In this document: in pieces, positions 1 to 13,594 of the stretch | Position numbering within the stretch: the stretch's first letter is position 1 | How the letters are laid out: each line of letters opens with the position of its first letter | Origin: Paraspadella gotoi | Lineage: Eukaryota; Animalia; Chaetognatha | NCBI GenBank assembly: GCA_051294375.1 | Contig: CM119263.1 | Span: 18,128,628-18,192,627 of the forward strand | Direction of reading: 5' to 3' | DNA length: 64,000 bases | Notes under the pieces: generated by a model | Database searches by the model: none | Told to the model about the DNA's origin: nothing | What the model saw: only the letters and a program-made list of their open reading frames with translations | Position numbers and translations under genes: made by a program

Positions 1-456
1 GCTTGGTCGACGCCGTGTCCGTAATCGTTTCCTGTTTCGATCCAAGGACGATATTCCGCGCCGCGACCCTCGTAATAATTGGGGCGGACTGCCGCTCTGC
101 GATCGTTTTGTCTCTGATCGCGGGCCCAGGACTCGTTCGAACCTTCGGCACACGCTCGGCGTTCCATTGCCCGCTCGCGCCTGGACGAACGCCGGTCGGG
201 CGGAGCGCGATGGGACGGCGTCGAAGGGGCCGAGTCGGCAGAGAAATCGGCGCCGAGGGCGCGATGCCGAGACGAGGAGGTCGGAAGTGAAGCGGCGCCC
301 GTGGAGGCGGCGTCGTCGTCGTCTTCAAAACCGGCGCGTCGGACGCCCTGTCGAAACTCGCGTGGAGGCGTCGCCGAAAAACGACGAGGGGAGGCGGCGC
401 GGTGATGAGAGGGACGGCGAAGAATTTGGGGACGGTCTGGAGGATGTAAGCGACGT

Positions 457-487
<31 letters not shown>

Positions 488-3400
488 ATTGACTATAGGC
501 TTACCAGGGTAGCCTTCGTCTTGAGAAAGTCGCATCGAAGCCATTAGATTAGACGGTGGCTGCCTTTCTTGCTGTTGATGCTGATTTCGGAGGATCGCTT
601 GATGCTGTTGACGGCGCCAGTCGTCGAAGGGGACAGGCGATGGTGAAGGACGACGACGACGAACGGCTTCTGAGAATCGAGATAAGTTTTGTTTAGAGGA
701 AGTCATGTACTCGATTCGACATCCCATCCACTTACCCGGGTGAGGCTCATCGATGTGATGGAATCGCCTTTGTCGTATATCGTCGTTGCCTTCGACGCCC
801 GGGGACGAAACGAAGGACGAAAATCGTCTCCCGTTTTGCTGCTGTTGAGGAAGTTGCTGCTGTTGCTGCTGCACGTGTTGTTGCGTTGGTTGCGGCGACG
901 AAGCTCGTCGACTCGGCGCGGTCGGCGAGGCGAGCGCTCGTGGTTCCGCGGTTCTCGAGATAGAGTCTGTCGCGCGGATCGAATGTCCCGCAACATCTTT
1001 CGGGAGCGGAGGGGCAGGATCCGGCTCCGAATCGTCCTTACCAGCTAATCTCGTGGTAGGGTCGCGATGATGATTGCTCCTGGAGGAAGGGCCTCTTCGT
1101 TCTCCTGCTCTGGTCGTCTGCTCAGTTCCAAAGCGAATTTCTCTTCTATCTTCCCTGCTCTCGTTTAGGTTCGATCTACGATTTTCGGTTCCGTATGCGA
1201 GGTCTCGTCGATCTTCGATCTGTTCTCGTCGCCCTGGAGATTTCGACGAGACAATAACGTCGTCTTCGTCGTAGTCGTCGTCTTCGTCTTTTTTTCGATC
1301 GTCCGGAAGAACAAGGGTTGGAATCGATACTGCAAAAAATCAATTTGGTTGATTATTCTATTGGTTAATTGATTGACTATTTTATTAATTGGGCAATTCT
1401 ACTGGGCCAAAGCACCAGGGCAATGGATCATAGATTCATATGGAATAAATTAAAGAGATGATTAGAAGCAAATACAATATATGATATACCTCTAGTTGGC
1501 CTGTTATTCTTGGTCTCGGTCCGCGTTGGAGTAAATTCCATTTTGTTTACAGAGATGGCATAAGCGGCAGACGGAGACAGAGTGGAAGGAGAGCGAGAGG
1601 GAGTGGCGGCCATTGGAGATACGGGAGTGGTGGGGGTGCGAGCCGAGGAGGAAGGCGTGGAGTCGAAGGCCGATGCCCGACGACCCCTGGTGGGCGTCAA
1701 CGCGGTGAGCGACGCTGTCATCGAGAGAAAAAAAAAATTCAATTGTCTAATGTCTATATGATGTCATCAGGATTTTTTGGTTTTTCACCTGGACTGGGGG
1801 ATCTTCTGCCGACTTCGGATCGCCGGCGCTGCAGAGTTTGCGGAGCGATGGTTACGCGGCGCCACCGTTCGGATTCAGGCGGAGGAACGTTGGCCTCGCT
1901 ATACGAGCTCATTTCCGGTTCATCTCCCGCGTCATCGTCGATATTTTCTATGGCGGAACCGGATCTCGATGTTCGGCCGTCGGCGTTGACGTCTCCGATT
2001 CGTTCACCGCCTCCGCCGCCAACGCCGACTCTCGAATCGGAATCTAAATAATTTTTTTTTAAAAAATGGATTTTTAATTTCATTTTCGTTGCTACGATTC
2101 AAAAAATTGATGCAATGTAAAGAAATTGGCATGTACTCACTAGGATAGAGCCTAGTAGAAGGACGTCTGCTCTCGCCGGGGCCACCGCCGTTCGAATTGT
2201 CGTTATCTACGCCCACGGTGGCGGCGTATATGCTGCGACGCCGAGATCCATTTCCACGGTTGGCGTCATTAGCGGCGTCAACCCGGCCGATTGGAGCCGC
2301 AACGCCCTCTTCAGTAGGCACCGCAGCCGACCCGCGCCGTCCGTTTAGGGCGCCGTTTGATCCGCCTCGGTTTTTTATTTTTCCCGAAGCTTCATTCGGA
2401 AGACCTCTCGTTCTGGACGAGCCCCGATCAACGCATTCGTTCGACGACAAACGCCGATCTCCGCTGACGGCGTCTTCTTCAGATGAGGTGGCACTCAAAT
2501 GCGGTCCGTATTCGGAAGGCGCCGGGGAAGGGGCGGGCTGGTTGCTGAGAACGTGGTCGTGGGCATATTCTGTAAAGGAATATCGAGTATTGTGTAAAGA
2601 CCGAAAGACGGGGAGATTCAAATTGTAATATGCAAATGAGATTTAATTCATTTCGATCACCTCTCTCCCTCGGCCTCTCCTCTCCCTTTACGGGATACGA
2701 GAGACAAGATGCATTGGACACGAAGGACGCCGAGGAAAAACTCGACAGGGACGGAATCGAATTGCACTCTTGCGAGAGCGATGGAATCGAAATCCGTTCT
2801 TGCGACACTGATGGAATCGAGTTTCGGTCTTGCGATGAAAGCGGTGGAGATGAAAAGACGCCGGAGACGTCGCTACTGGAGATGGACGCTGATTCGTTGG
2901 GGGGATTGAAATGAGGTCATAGGTAATGAAAAGGGTGGAGAAAAACGGAAAAAGGAGAGTGAGAATATTAGAAATGTTTAAGATATGTTTAAAGACAGTA
3001 AATAAAAAAGTAAAAAAAATGTAACTAACAAAAAAAACTTTCACGGTGGAGTAAAGAAATGTACTTGAACGACCCTCAATTTCTTCTGTCTTTCGCAATC
3101 TAACCATTATTTTTAACATGATCTTGATCTACTTCGACCGGAGTAGAGTTTATTAACAAAAGAATAAAACTCACTCGTATCGGTGATGCCATCGTCGGCG
3201 GCGCCATTGAGGGCGAATTTGGGAAGACTTTTGAAGAACCAAGCGTTGGATCGTTTCCACAACTCGCGCGTCTCCGAGCAAATCTTGCACAACCATATGC
3301 ACTCCTGATTAGGGATATTCAAATTATTGTTTATAAGTTGAAGAACTAAAATAATCTGATTTTTTAGTACTCATTTGTTGAGTGTTCCATGTTAGGAGAT

Positions 3401-6400
3401 AAATGAAGATAAAGATATGAGTATTACTTCACTGACAGATCAACGGGGTAAAAACTGAATCTTATATTTTTTTTTCTTGTCGGTTGTGGAGCAAAAAAGA
3501 ACATGGAGACTGCGAGAAAGGAAAAGAGACAAAAAGACAAAGACTGGAAGAGAGAAAGAGAATCCTTTTTATTTTTAAAGTGGATATATTAGACGATGTG
3601 AGGCCGGCGGAGACAAGAAAGGAGAAAGCTCCGGCGCTGATTTTTGAGGGAATTAAAGAAAGGAAAGGAAAGGAAAGTCTAAAGAGGTCGGAAAACGAAA
3701 TTAAAATGCAAAAAGAATAAAAGTCGCCAAAAGGAAAAGGGCAATGGAAAAAAATGCCAGTCGGGAAAGGCTTAAGAAGATTTCGTATATGAGGAATTAG
3801 GAAAAATAAAAAAACATTAAAGGGTTCCGCGTACAAACGTTGCATTTAGGAAAAAAACGACTCTTTCCACTATTGTTCAGTTGTTACTTAAAATGTTAAT
3901 TAACTTTGTACCACAACACAAATTAGGCCGAACGAAGGATTGGTTAGAAACATCTCCACCCGTTTCTAATGATAAAAGAGTACCATTTTGGCAACTTTTA
4001 GGAAAAAAAATTATGTCCATTTTTGTCCATTTTTACTTACGACTTCTGATTTGAATGCCAAGGAAAGTTGAGAAAAAATTTTTACTTTGGAAATCCGTTC
4101 TTTCTTATCTTTTTTACCTCTGGGTAAATTTATTAGCTTAAATCATTTATAGTTTGCCTATGAGTTAATTTTAAAGTTAACAAGTCAAAAAGTTGGAGTT
4201 TCAGTCTTTATCATAATTTGTTAAACAAAAATAAATCAAATTGGTTGAAATTAACAGAAAATATAGCCTATTGAATAAGCTTTTAACACCTATAAAATTA
4301 TCAAAAAAACTTTTTTGGTTTAGCCACAAATAATTTTTAAAGACGTATTTTAATTTGTGACTTTCTGTGACTTGCATTTATTTTTGATAAAGAGAATATT
4401 TTCAACTCATTTATTAGTTTTAAAAGATGAGGTACATACTGACCTTGATTAATTAAAAAAAACCGCATTCTTTTTACCCAATGAAAGCGTCTTGACCCTT
4501 TTTTTCTCAGAATCGACAGATTTTGCGGAAAATTTTTCCGCAAAATCTGTCGATTTACTAAATTTGCTAGGCAACCAAAATTGAAAAAAAAATCATGCGT
4601 TACCGTTCATTTTCTTTCTTATAATGCATTTTAAATATTTTATTTGATTTGGCTCAATGTAAACGTAGTGAGAGGAAATAGGAAAGGGGACAAGAAAAGG
4701 AGAAGGGGAGAAAATGAAAGAGAGGGTGAAAGGCAAAAAAACGAAGGCAAATGGGGAAAAAATAGTGAAACAATTGTAAGTAAGAAAAGAGGAAAAATGG
4801 AAAGAAAAAGAGGGGAAAAAAGGGAAAGAATGAAGATGAGAAAAAAAGGTGAAGTGCATGAGTGACAGAAAAAGGTAGGGGCCAAAAAATGGTAAGTGAC
4901 AGCAAGAGAAGTAAGGAGGAAAGAGGAAGAGAAAAATATAAAGTAAGAGAAGAAAGAGGATGAGGTGAAGGAAGAATAATCAGGAAAAGCGTATGAAGGA
5001 AAAAAAATTGTATCAGATAATTTGGCGTCTTACCTAAAATCTTTTGTGTAAGTAAAAGACATGAGGATTCTTATAAGGAATTCGATCTTAAATCATCTGT
5101 ACCATAAAAATTCAAGCATACTTTTTTCTAAAATTAAGCAGTTAATGAGATTAGATTGACAATCATTGAAGAAATCATGTCTTACCGTATTTTTAACTCA
5201 TAGAAATTTACATGGAAGTTCTCAGTGATAAGAAGGAGATAACTTGAGACTACCGTTTTTTTAAATGAAGAAAGCTTCGTACTAACCAATGAGATCAAGA
5301 AATATGGTAATTATTGAAGTTCAGATTTCGTTGTTTAAAAGACACTGATTGTACGCGAAACCAAAGATAAAAAAAAACGAAATAGAAAAGGAGAAATTAA
5401 AATTATTAACTTAGTTTTGAAGAGACAGTAATTATTGTTATGTGTTAGTGTTATGTGTTAGCAGTCCCTGAGCTTCGGATCAGGCTGTAACACTGTGTTA
5501 CAGGCGGGTTAAGCGCCCCATCCCTCTTAACTGCCAGGCGACCACCGGGCTAGAACCCCGGACCTTTGGGTTGAGAGGCGAATGACTTGCCTCCGGCACG
5601 AATGGCCGCTGAGGAACAGTTGGTGGATTTTAATCCACCATAGTTTTATTGCGAATGACTGACGGACCAAGTGAACTACTAAGCAAAGGCGAGGCGTTTA
5701 AATGAAATGATTTAAATTGAATTAAGTTTTTCCCACAAGCCGGTTTATACTTCATTATTTCCGGAAGACATAATTGTTGCTAGCTCAACCCTTCAACCCC
5801 TTCTCACTATGTTTTATTCTCATAACTTTATTAAATTACGGTTTTAATGATCAAATTATTTTCTCAATTAAAGAATGCATGAACGCTCTTTTTTTAAAAT
5901 ACCTCAATCCTTATTTATAATCTATTCCCCATTTCTTTTCACGAAGCAAGTAAAAAAAAATCAAATTATTAAAAAAATACGAGAAATTTTCATTATTTTC
6001 ACCTCTTCAACAATAAATGGTTATTTTTTTCTATCATATTTTATATTTTCCCTTTGCAATCAGATTCGGTTTCCGATATAAAAAAACGTTGAAAGAATCC
6101 TCTTACATCCAGAGCTTTTTCGCTCATCCTTAATTAAATTTTTCATATCAGAAAATTAAAAAAAATTAAGCCGTAATTGTTGATGCACTAAGAATTTTGA
6201 ACGATGAATATATGAATATATCATTAGTAGGAAAAAGAATAACGACCCCGAACGAAAAGGCAAGGCGACCCCCTTTTTTTTTCCCCCATCAGCCTTCGCC
6301 GCTTAACTTCTTCAGGCTTTCCCAGATTTCCCACCTCCAAAAAGCGTTTAATGCCAAACTTGTTTCCAAATCGAATTAGCCTAGATTTTTTCCCGATCGG

Positions 6401-9400
6401 CTCAAAGCTTCGCCGGCTCTTTTCCCTCCCCCAATCATCGCTTCCCTAAAACTCCCGGAATTCGTTCCCGGGAAACGGTCTCAGTAGCGGAGAGAAAATT
6501 GTCGTCGTCGTCGTTGTTGTGTTTTGTGAGATTCGATTCCGCTCCGAGTTCATGGGAGAAGTGAGAGGTGAGGAGGAAATTTATGGTGTCTCTATCTCTC
6601 TCTCGAGTGAGAGAGCGAAGAGTGAAGAAAGTGAAAGCTGATGGAAGTCGTCGATGAGGTGAGTTAAGATTTTTTTATTTTGGTTAACAGTATGAGATAA
6701 TGTTTTTCCAAAAATGGAAACGACTAGTTTTAAAGTTAAGGACAAGGTAACCCATTAGTGGAAAAAAACTGCTTATAATAAGGTACAAAACGTGCTGATT
6801 ACAAGCAAATAAAAAACGTTATAGAGTTGAGATCAGGTTTAATCTAATCTTGGTTTCTTTAATAAAAAAATTAAAATATAATATAAAATAAATATATATA
6901 AATATAAAATATAAATAAAAATACTTACTACATTCCCCGTCTCTTTTTATCGCTCTCTTATTATCAGTCTTTCTCCCGCTCTCGCTTTTTCCATCACTAT
7001 TTGAAACATAGTAATCATAATGTAGTATCGTTTAATGTTCGTTACGGGAAAATTAATGATTGCGGGAGAATATTTCTTTAATATTTAATGCAAGATTAAT
7101 TTCCTTTCGCCAAAGACTATGAATTATAAAGTAAAAATGGCGATACGCTGCCGCTGAAAGCGACAATGACCAACACGTTTAGTAGGTTATTTGCCCCTCT
7201 TATTTTTCGCCGTCACGGCGTTTCATCAATATGCAAAAGGTGGAACGCATATTTATTTCGACGATGACGACGACGAAAATGATGGCAAAGCCAGACACTC
7301 CATCATGACGCGCTGTCGCTCTCAATTTCCACGGAGCGGAACCATTTTGACTCGGAGGAAGATAGCGTGAAAGATGGATAGAAGGAAAGAAAGATGAAGA
7401 TATAAAGACAATAAAAAAACTAGAGGAAAGACCGGAAATAGAGACAGAGAAGAAAAAAAAACCCGGAAAAAAAACACTTAAAAAAGAAAAGCAGATTGAG
7501 GTGAATCCTCGACATTTTTGTCAGTTGAAGGGAGACCCCGGTGGAAATGTTACTTCGGGAAAAAATGAAAAAAAATTCGGTGGATAAATCGGTTTCCTTC
7601 GGGAAAGATTTTGAATGGTTAATGAATTGATTGCGTGGTTCTCCGTTTATCACAACAAACGTGGTGGGTCGAAAGAGAGGAAGGAGAAAAAAGGGGAGGA
7701 CGGGATTTATGGAGAATTGGATGTATACTTGTATAGAGCTGGAAGAGTGTATCGGGTTCAGTTTTCTTATTTTTTAAAATTTTATTTCATTTCATTTATT
7801 TTACTTTTTGCTCGAATATTATCGATAACTCAAGGTTAACTGAATTTAAAGCTTTTCTCTATCTCCTTCGGTTGTAAATTTTCTCGACTGTTCTCTGAAG
7901 CGACGAACACAAACGGGCTGAAAGTAAGGATTAGTTCAGTCACATAAAAGTCGGACTCGGTGATAAATCACGGGCCCTGGAGACAAATTAGAAAAAAAAG
8001 AGAAATGACGGGAAAAAGTCGCATCTTTTGTTTTGCTCGCATTTTTTTCTCATCTGAAAACTGCTGTGCCGTAGGAAATTATTAAATTCTAAGTTTGAAG
8101 GCAGTACAGTAAACGAAAGAGTAAAGACGAGGAAGGGGCTTGTGGGAAAATTTCATTAAGGACGTAATTATGTCTAATCAAATACCAATCAATTTGTTTG
8201 TAAAAAAATTCAGAATTCCGAAGACCTTTTAAATCATGACCTTTTTGTCATTTGTTTCTGGCTGCCTTACCCTCGCTTAAATTCTTTTCAAATACAAAAA
8301 AGTTTTCCAAGAAGTTTATTACTATCTGGATTTCGAGTAACAGTCTGAAATATAGAGATAGGGCAGTTTTAAAATATTTATAAAAAATGTCGGTAACTAA
8401 GGCGGCGTTGTTTACTTTCCGAGCGATGCTGTTTTCCCAAGAGACCCTCCATCTAGTTTTTGTTTAAACAGACCGAGAATATTTTTTTCGGCTTTGGTTT
8501 TGGTCTATGCACATCTTTCTCCTGTCTCTCTGTAACATCCTCTCGCTCTCTCTCTCCCTCCTCTCTCCAGCTTCTCGCCATCTCACGTAAACGTCCTCCA
8601 TAAATTCAAGAACAAAAGGTCAAAACATTTTGTCCATGAAACAAACGATCGTCAAGGGAGGCATCTAGCGACGAATTAAGCAACAACAAAACACAAGAAC
8701 TATGATAGAGAAATGAGAACATCGTTATTTTTTTTTTGTCGATGAATTCTTCCGGCATTTCTTTCTTTCCTCCTTTTCCTCCGTGGCCGACAAAAGAACA
8801 ACGGTCTCAAAGCGACTATTTCTTCAACAACAGGCTTTCTCTTCGCCCTTTTTTTCCCGCAGCTTAACGACGCCGCCCCATCGATCGACGCCACTGAAGT
8901 TAATGCCGCTGATAATGCTGCTTTTCGATTCGTTTTTGACAGCGGAGTGTCGCCGCTGAGATGGCCGTCGAGCGATTCGACCCTCTGACGGCGGCGCCGC
9001 TCGATCTGCGAAGGCGGCGCGGACGGCGGCCTCGAAAGCCTCCGTCACGTTGAGGTCGTTGTAGGCGCTGGCTTCGAAAAAGGGGACGCCGAGATCGCGG
9101 GCGAGGCGGTGGCCGTGGAGGGTGCGTACCTAAAGTGGAGAGGGCATATTAAAAATGATTAAGATCTTTGTTTTGACAGTATAATTAATTAATTATTTTC
9201 TATCGCCTTCCCCCTCCGACCTGCTTCAATCCGTCTGGTAGATCGACCTTGTTCCCGACCAAGGCCTTGACCGCCCCGCGGCCGCACTTGTCCTCCAAGT
9301 CGGTGGCCCACTCGACGACCGACTCGAAGCTCTTCTCGTTGGCAACGTCGTACATGAGCAGGACCCCGTCGATTCGCCGGAAGAGGAAGTTCATCGCCGA

Positions 9401-12400
9401 GAGGGTGCGGTACTTTTCTTGACCCGCCGTGTCCCAGCAGTGAAGGCGAACTCTTTTGGGGAAGTTTGGAATAAGGACGAAGGGAGAGGAAGAGAATCAT
9501 CTTTACTTTCACATATAAACACCTAGTAATTTTTCTTTTCTTTCTTTCTTTTGCTTTCTTTTCCTAGTTTTTTTCTTGACCTTCATTATTATTAAATTGA
9601 TTTTATATTCAAATTCAGATGGACAATTTTTGCTTGGTTAATTGTTGTTTTTGTTTGTAAATTTTTGGTTGAGTAATGAGCGATATGACAAACAGCTGAA
9701 CCCGGCACATTGAAATCCCTTTTTGCAAAGTGATTAATTGATAGAATTTTTTTTTTGTTTCGGTTGAGTGGAACTAAATCCCTACAAAAGAACAATTACG
9801 CCGTACTTATACTAACTACCTTAATACTTTAATGATGCATTAATTCTTGTTTATGATTATAACGTGATTCATAGTTTTTCATTATTAATTCGAAAAAAAC
9901 ATTCGCTGAGTTCACTACGGTGAACTCTTGAAGCTTGAACTTTTAAAAGTAGATTTTCACCTATAGCTAGTTTAATTGAAAAAAAAATCTTAAGAGAGTT
10001 CAACGTATTGTGATCGATTTTTTTTGTCGGGAAGACGGATACATAATTTTATATAGAAAATCTAAAAAAAAAGGTTTTTGGAGGAATGATCCTACAATGA
10101 AATTTTTTTTGGGTAAAAATGGATGAACTTTTGGCATAATATAAAAATACTGATAAAAATCTTTCACGAACACGATATTAGATACTACGTACATACAATA
10201 CTCAACTAAAGCATTAAACTGGCAAAATTAAATCAACCAAACCAATCTAATAATGTAAAACATACCAAACCAATAAAACAAACCAAATAAATAAATAAAT
10301 AAATAAAAAAAGAAAAACCAAGCCAAGTTAAACAACGACAAACGGATTCAATCAACCAATCAACCAACGCCGACCAACCAAACGGAACCAACCTTCGATC
10401 GTCGACGATCATCCTCTTCGTCTTAAAGTCGATGCCGACGGTGGCGACGAAATCTCCGACGAAAGAATCTTCGGTGAATCTGATGGCGAAGGAAGTTTTC
10501 CCGACGCCCGAGTCTCCGAGGATCATGAGCTCCACCACTTCGTCCTCCCCCTCCTCCTCGGGCAAGGCCGCCTCCAACCTCCTTCTCGTCTTCTTCCTCG
10601 CCTCCTCCCTTTTCCTCGCTTCCTCCCGTCTCCTCGTCGCTTCCTCCTCTTCTTTCCTCTTCCTCTTCTCCTCCGTCCTCTTCGTTTCCTCCTCCAACTT
10701 TCTTTTCTTCTCCTCCAATCGTTGCGCCCAGACGCTGCGCGATTTCGAGGCGGCGAGGCCGTCGTCGAGGACCGGCGTCGATTGAGTGAAGGAAGAGCGT
10801 CTTGCGGCGAAAAATTCCCTGGCGGTGGAAACGACGCCGGGTCTTTCGGCGTCCTTCGGGACGGAACCGTTCGGTACGACGCCGTTGGCGAAGAAACCGT
10901 CGGCGCCGGCTCCGAACGATCGTCGCCGTAAATTTCGCAAAGAGGAAACGCGCATCAAGACGCGTTGAAGGGGCGAAGACGCATTTAAATCTGTGGCGGT
11001 TTTGTCGACGGGAGCGGCGCTAACTTCGCCGCCGCCGCCGCCATTTAGGGGCGCAGAAAATTCGCTACTCACTTCCGGGCGACGTAAGTTACGTAACGAA
11101 GAGAATCTCCGAAGTGCGCGTCGGAAGGGAGAAGGCGCCGGAGTTTCTGATGCGTCTTCAGAGACATCTTTCGAGTCTTTTGAGTCGGGGACTTTGCCAT
11201 CCAAGAGTCCTTGCGTTGAGGAAGAGAGGGAACCGTGACGCGAAAATTGCCGACTTGCCGATGGAGCTGAGGAGAATTCGAGAAGAGGAGGAAAGGGGTG
11301 CAGGGGGGGGGGGTGGTTGAAGAGGCTGCGAATTTAATAATCCAAGCATGAAAATTTTATCAGCGAAATAAATTGTCGCTTGGTTACGTGACAGGCTAGG
11401 AAAACCCCTTAGTGTTAGTTTCTTCATACAAAAGAGAATTATTAAAAATAAGCACGACACGCGATAAATATTATATTATATACAACATCAAAAAATATAA
11501 ATCGTCTTAACTCCTATACATTTATACCGGGACTGGCGTTGCTGCGTCTCGAAGGCCGCAAAAAACCGTGAAAACTGTGACGTTGACTGTTCGATCGCGA
11601 GAAGGATGCCTCTTCTTCGTCATCGTCGACGTCAAATCCATGGCTGTAGTTGAAAAAATTCGCATTAGCCGCGTCTTCGTCGTTATTGTTGATGTTATTG
11701 TTCTTGAAGGCGCCCCCTCGCTGACCAAGCGGATCGAGCAGAAGCTTGAGCTTGAAGGATGCAGTTTGTGAGAGGTCGTTCAACTCCAGGTCGTGAGGAG
11801 ACTGGTTCACGCCCATTGCGTGGTTTAAACGGGGATCGTAAGAGATTTTCAGTGGTTACGATGCCGCGCGATTGAAAATTTCGTGAATTGCGAAGTTCAT
11901 GTCGACGCGAAAGGTAAGTCGGGCTTATTCCCGGCGATCGTATATTGGTTAATTACGAGGGACTTTATTTGCGGAAAATCGAGGGTTTTTTTGGCGTGAT
12001 CACGATCAGAGGGCCACCCCGTTGACGTAACCGGGGAAAAGAAAATATCGCAGTTGTGTTTCGGCGACAACAACGACGACGACAACGAGGACCGAGTCGT
12101 AATTGCTCCGAACGGCGGCGTAAACGTCGAAAAACTTCGAAGCGGCGACCGGTGATTCATTCGCACAGTCGATTAGCCGGTCGCATTGTGACATTCGTTT
12201 TACTGAAACAGCGTATCGGTGTTTTTTTAATAAAAGACGGACCGTGTTTAATTACGCTCGCCCCCGTTATTTTTTTAGAGAGATAGTTACTATTGGCCGC
12301 CAGTCTTTCACGTACGAACTGTTAAAATAACTCTTTAAATCCTTGTTAGATATTTAATTGTAGTTTTTTTTCGGGATTTTTTATTTTTCTTCGAGAGAGA

Positions 12401-13545
12401 GAGAGAATAAAAAAAGAAATTGTGTTCTAGATTCGAAACAGGTTAAGATCGAAAGTTTGAGCTTCGAATCGGGCAGAGTAAAATAAAAGTTTATTAACAA
12501 AGTAAAACCAAATCGGGAAATGAGGAAGAGCGGGATGAGGAGGTCGCAGAGGACAAACATTGGAAGTGAAAAGAGAAAAAAAAAAGTAGATAAAGAGTCA
12601 AACGTTTTAAACTGGATTCGAACCCGGGGACCGGGAGGCGCCTTCGAATTTCGACGCCTAATCTCTTTGTCAAATTGCCCTCGTCGCTGTCCGCTTTACG
12701 AGTCGCGACAACATCTGATCACGAGGGCGGCGTTAAAAAGATATCATCGTGGGGCGTGACCTAAACAATGGACTATTTGAGGATTTGAGAGAAAGGGAGA
12801 GTGAGAAACCGATTTTTTATTGCCGTCACTCGAAAAAGGTTATTGCACTTTTTGAGAATGAAGAGGTCGCGCGCATAAAAGAAGTTGGGTTATGAAAATT
12901 CATTCGGGCCATTTTGCATGTTTATTAGTTTTAAAGTTTAAAAGTTGCAATAAATCAATAATTCATTTCCTTTTTTCGTGGTTCTTTATTTTTTTGCTTT
13001 AATTTTTTCGTTTCATATGTTTTTTTGTGGCGGTCGTATTTAATGAGAACAGATAGCAATATTATTTATATATTTATTTATATATATCCCCAGTTAAAAA
13101 ATAATTTGTAATCAGTTACAATTAAAATTTAAATACGCTACGAAACAAATTTTATAATTTTTAGAAAAACCGCCGAAACTAGACCCGAAAAATAATTCAC
13201 AATAAAAAATTTAAAAAAGTATATAAATAAGTTAATACCCTAAAAATATTTCCTTGGTTCATTTTTATTTTTTAAATTTCGTAATGTTAAATATTTCCAA
13301 CTTGGGACCCAAGAAACCATTATCCGTTCTAAAGTCTCACCGCGACATACCATAACAATCTATCTGAATTGGTAATCTGACAGAATGTATAATGATGGCA
13401 ATTCATTCGGCAACAACAAGTTTAAACTTCATGTCTTCCTTCCAAGTTTCGTCTTTCCAGTTTTTATCTTTCTTTTATCTTCCGGTTATTAGCTTTCCTC
13501 TTCTTGGGCTTAAAAGAAAAGATTCCCTCGTTACGATGAAATCCG

Positions 13546-13594
<49 letters not shown>

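Noticed and set aside
5538-5609. Possible tRNA gene
   Set aside because: D and anticodon arms do not pair, and it is embedded in a longer dispersed repeat.
9908-9927. 8-bp hairpin with C(UACG)G tetraloop
   Set aside because: Isolated and short, antisense within a Rab intron; could be chance.
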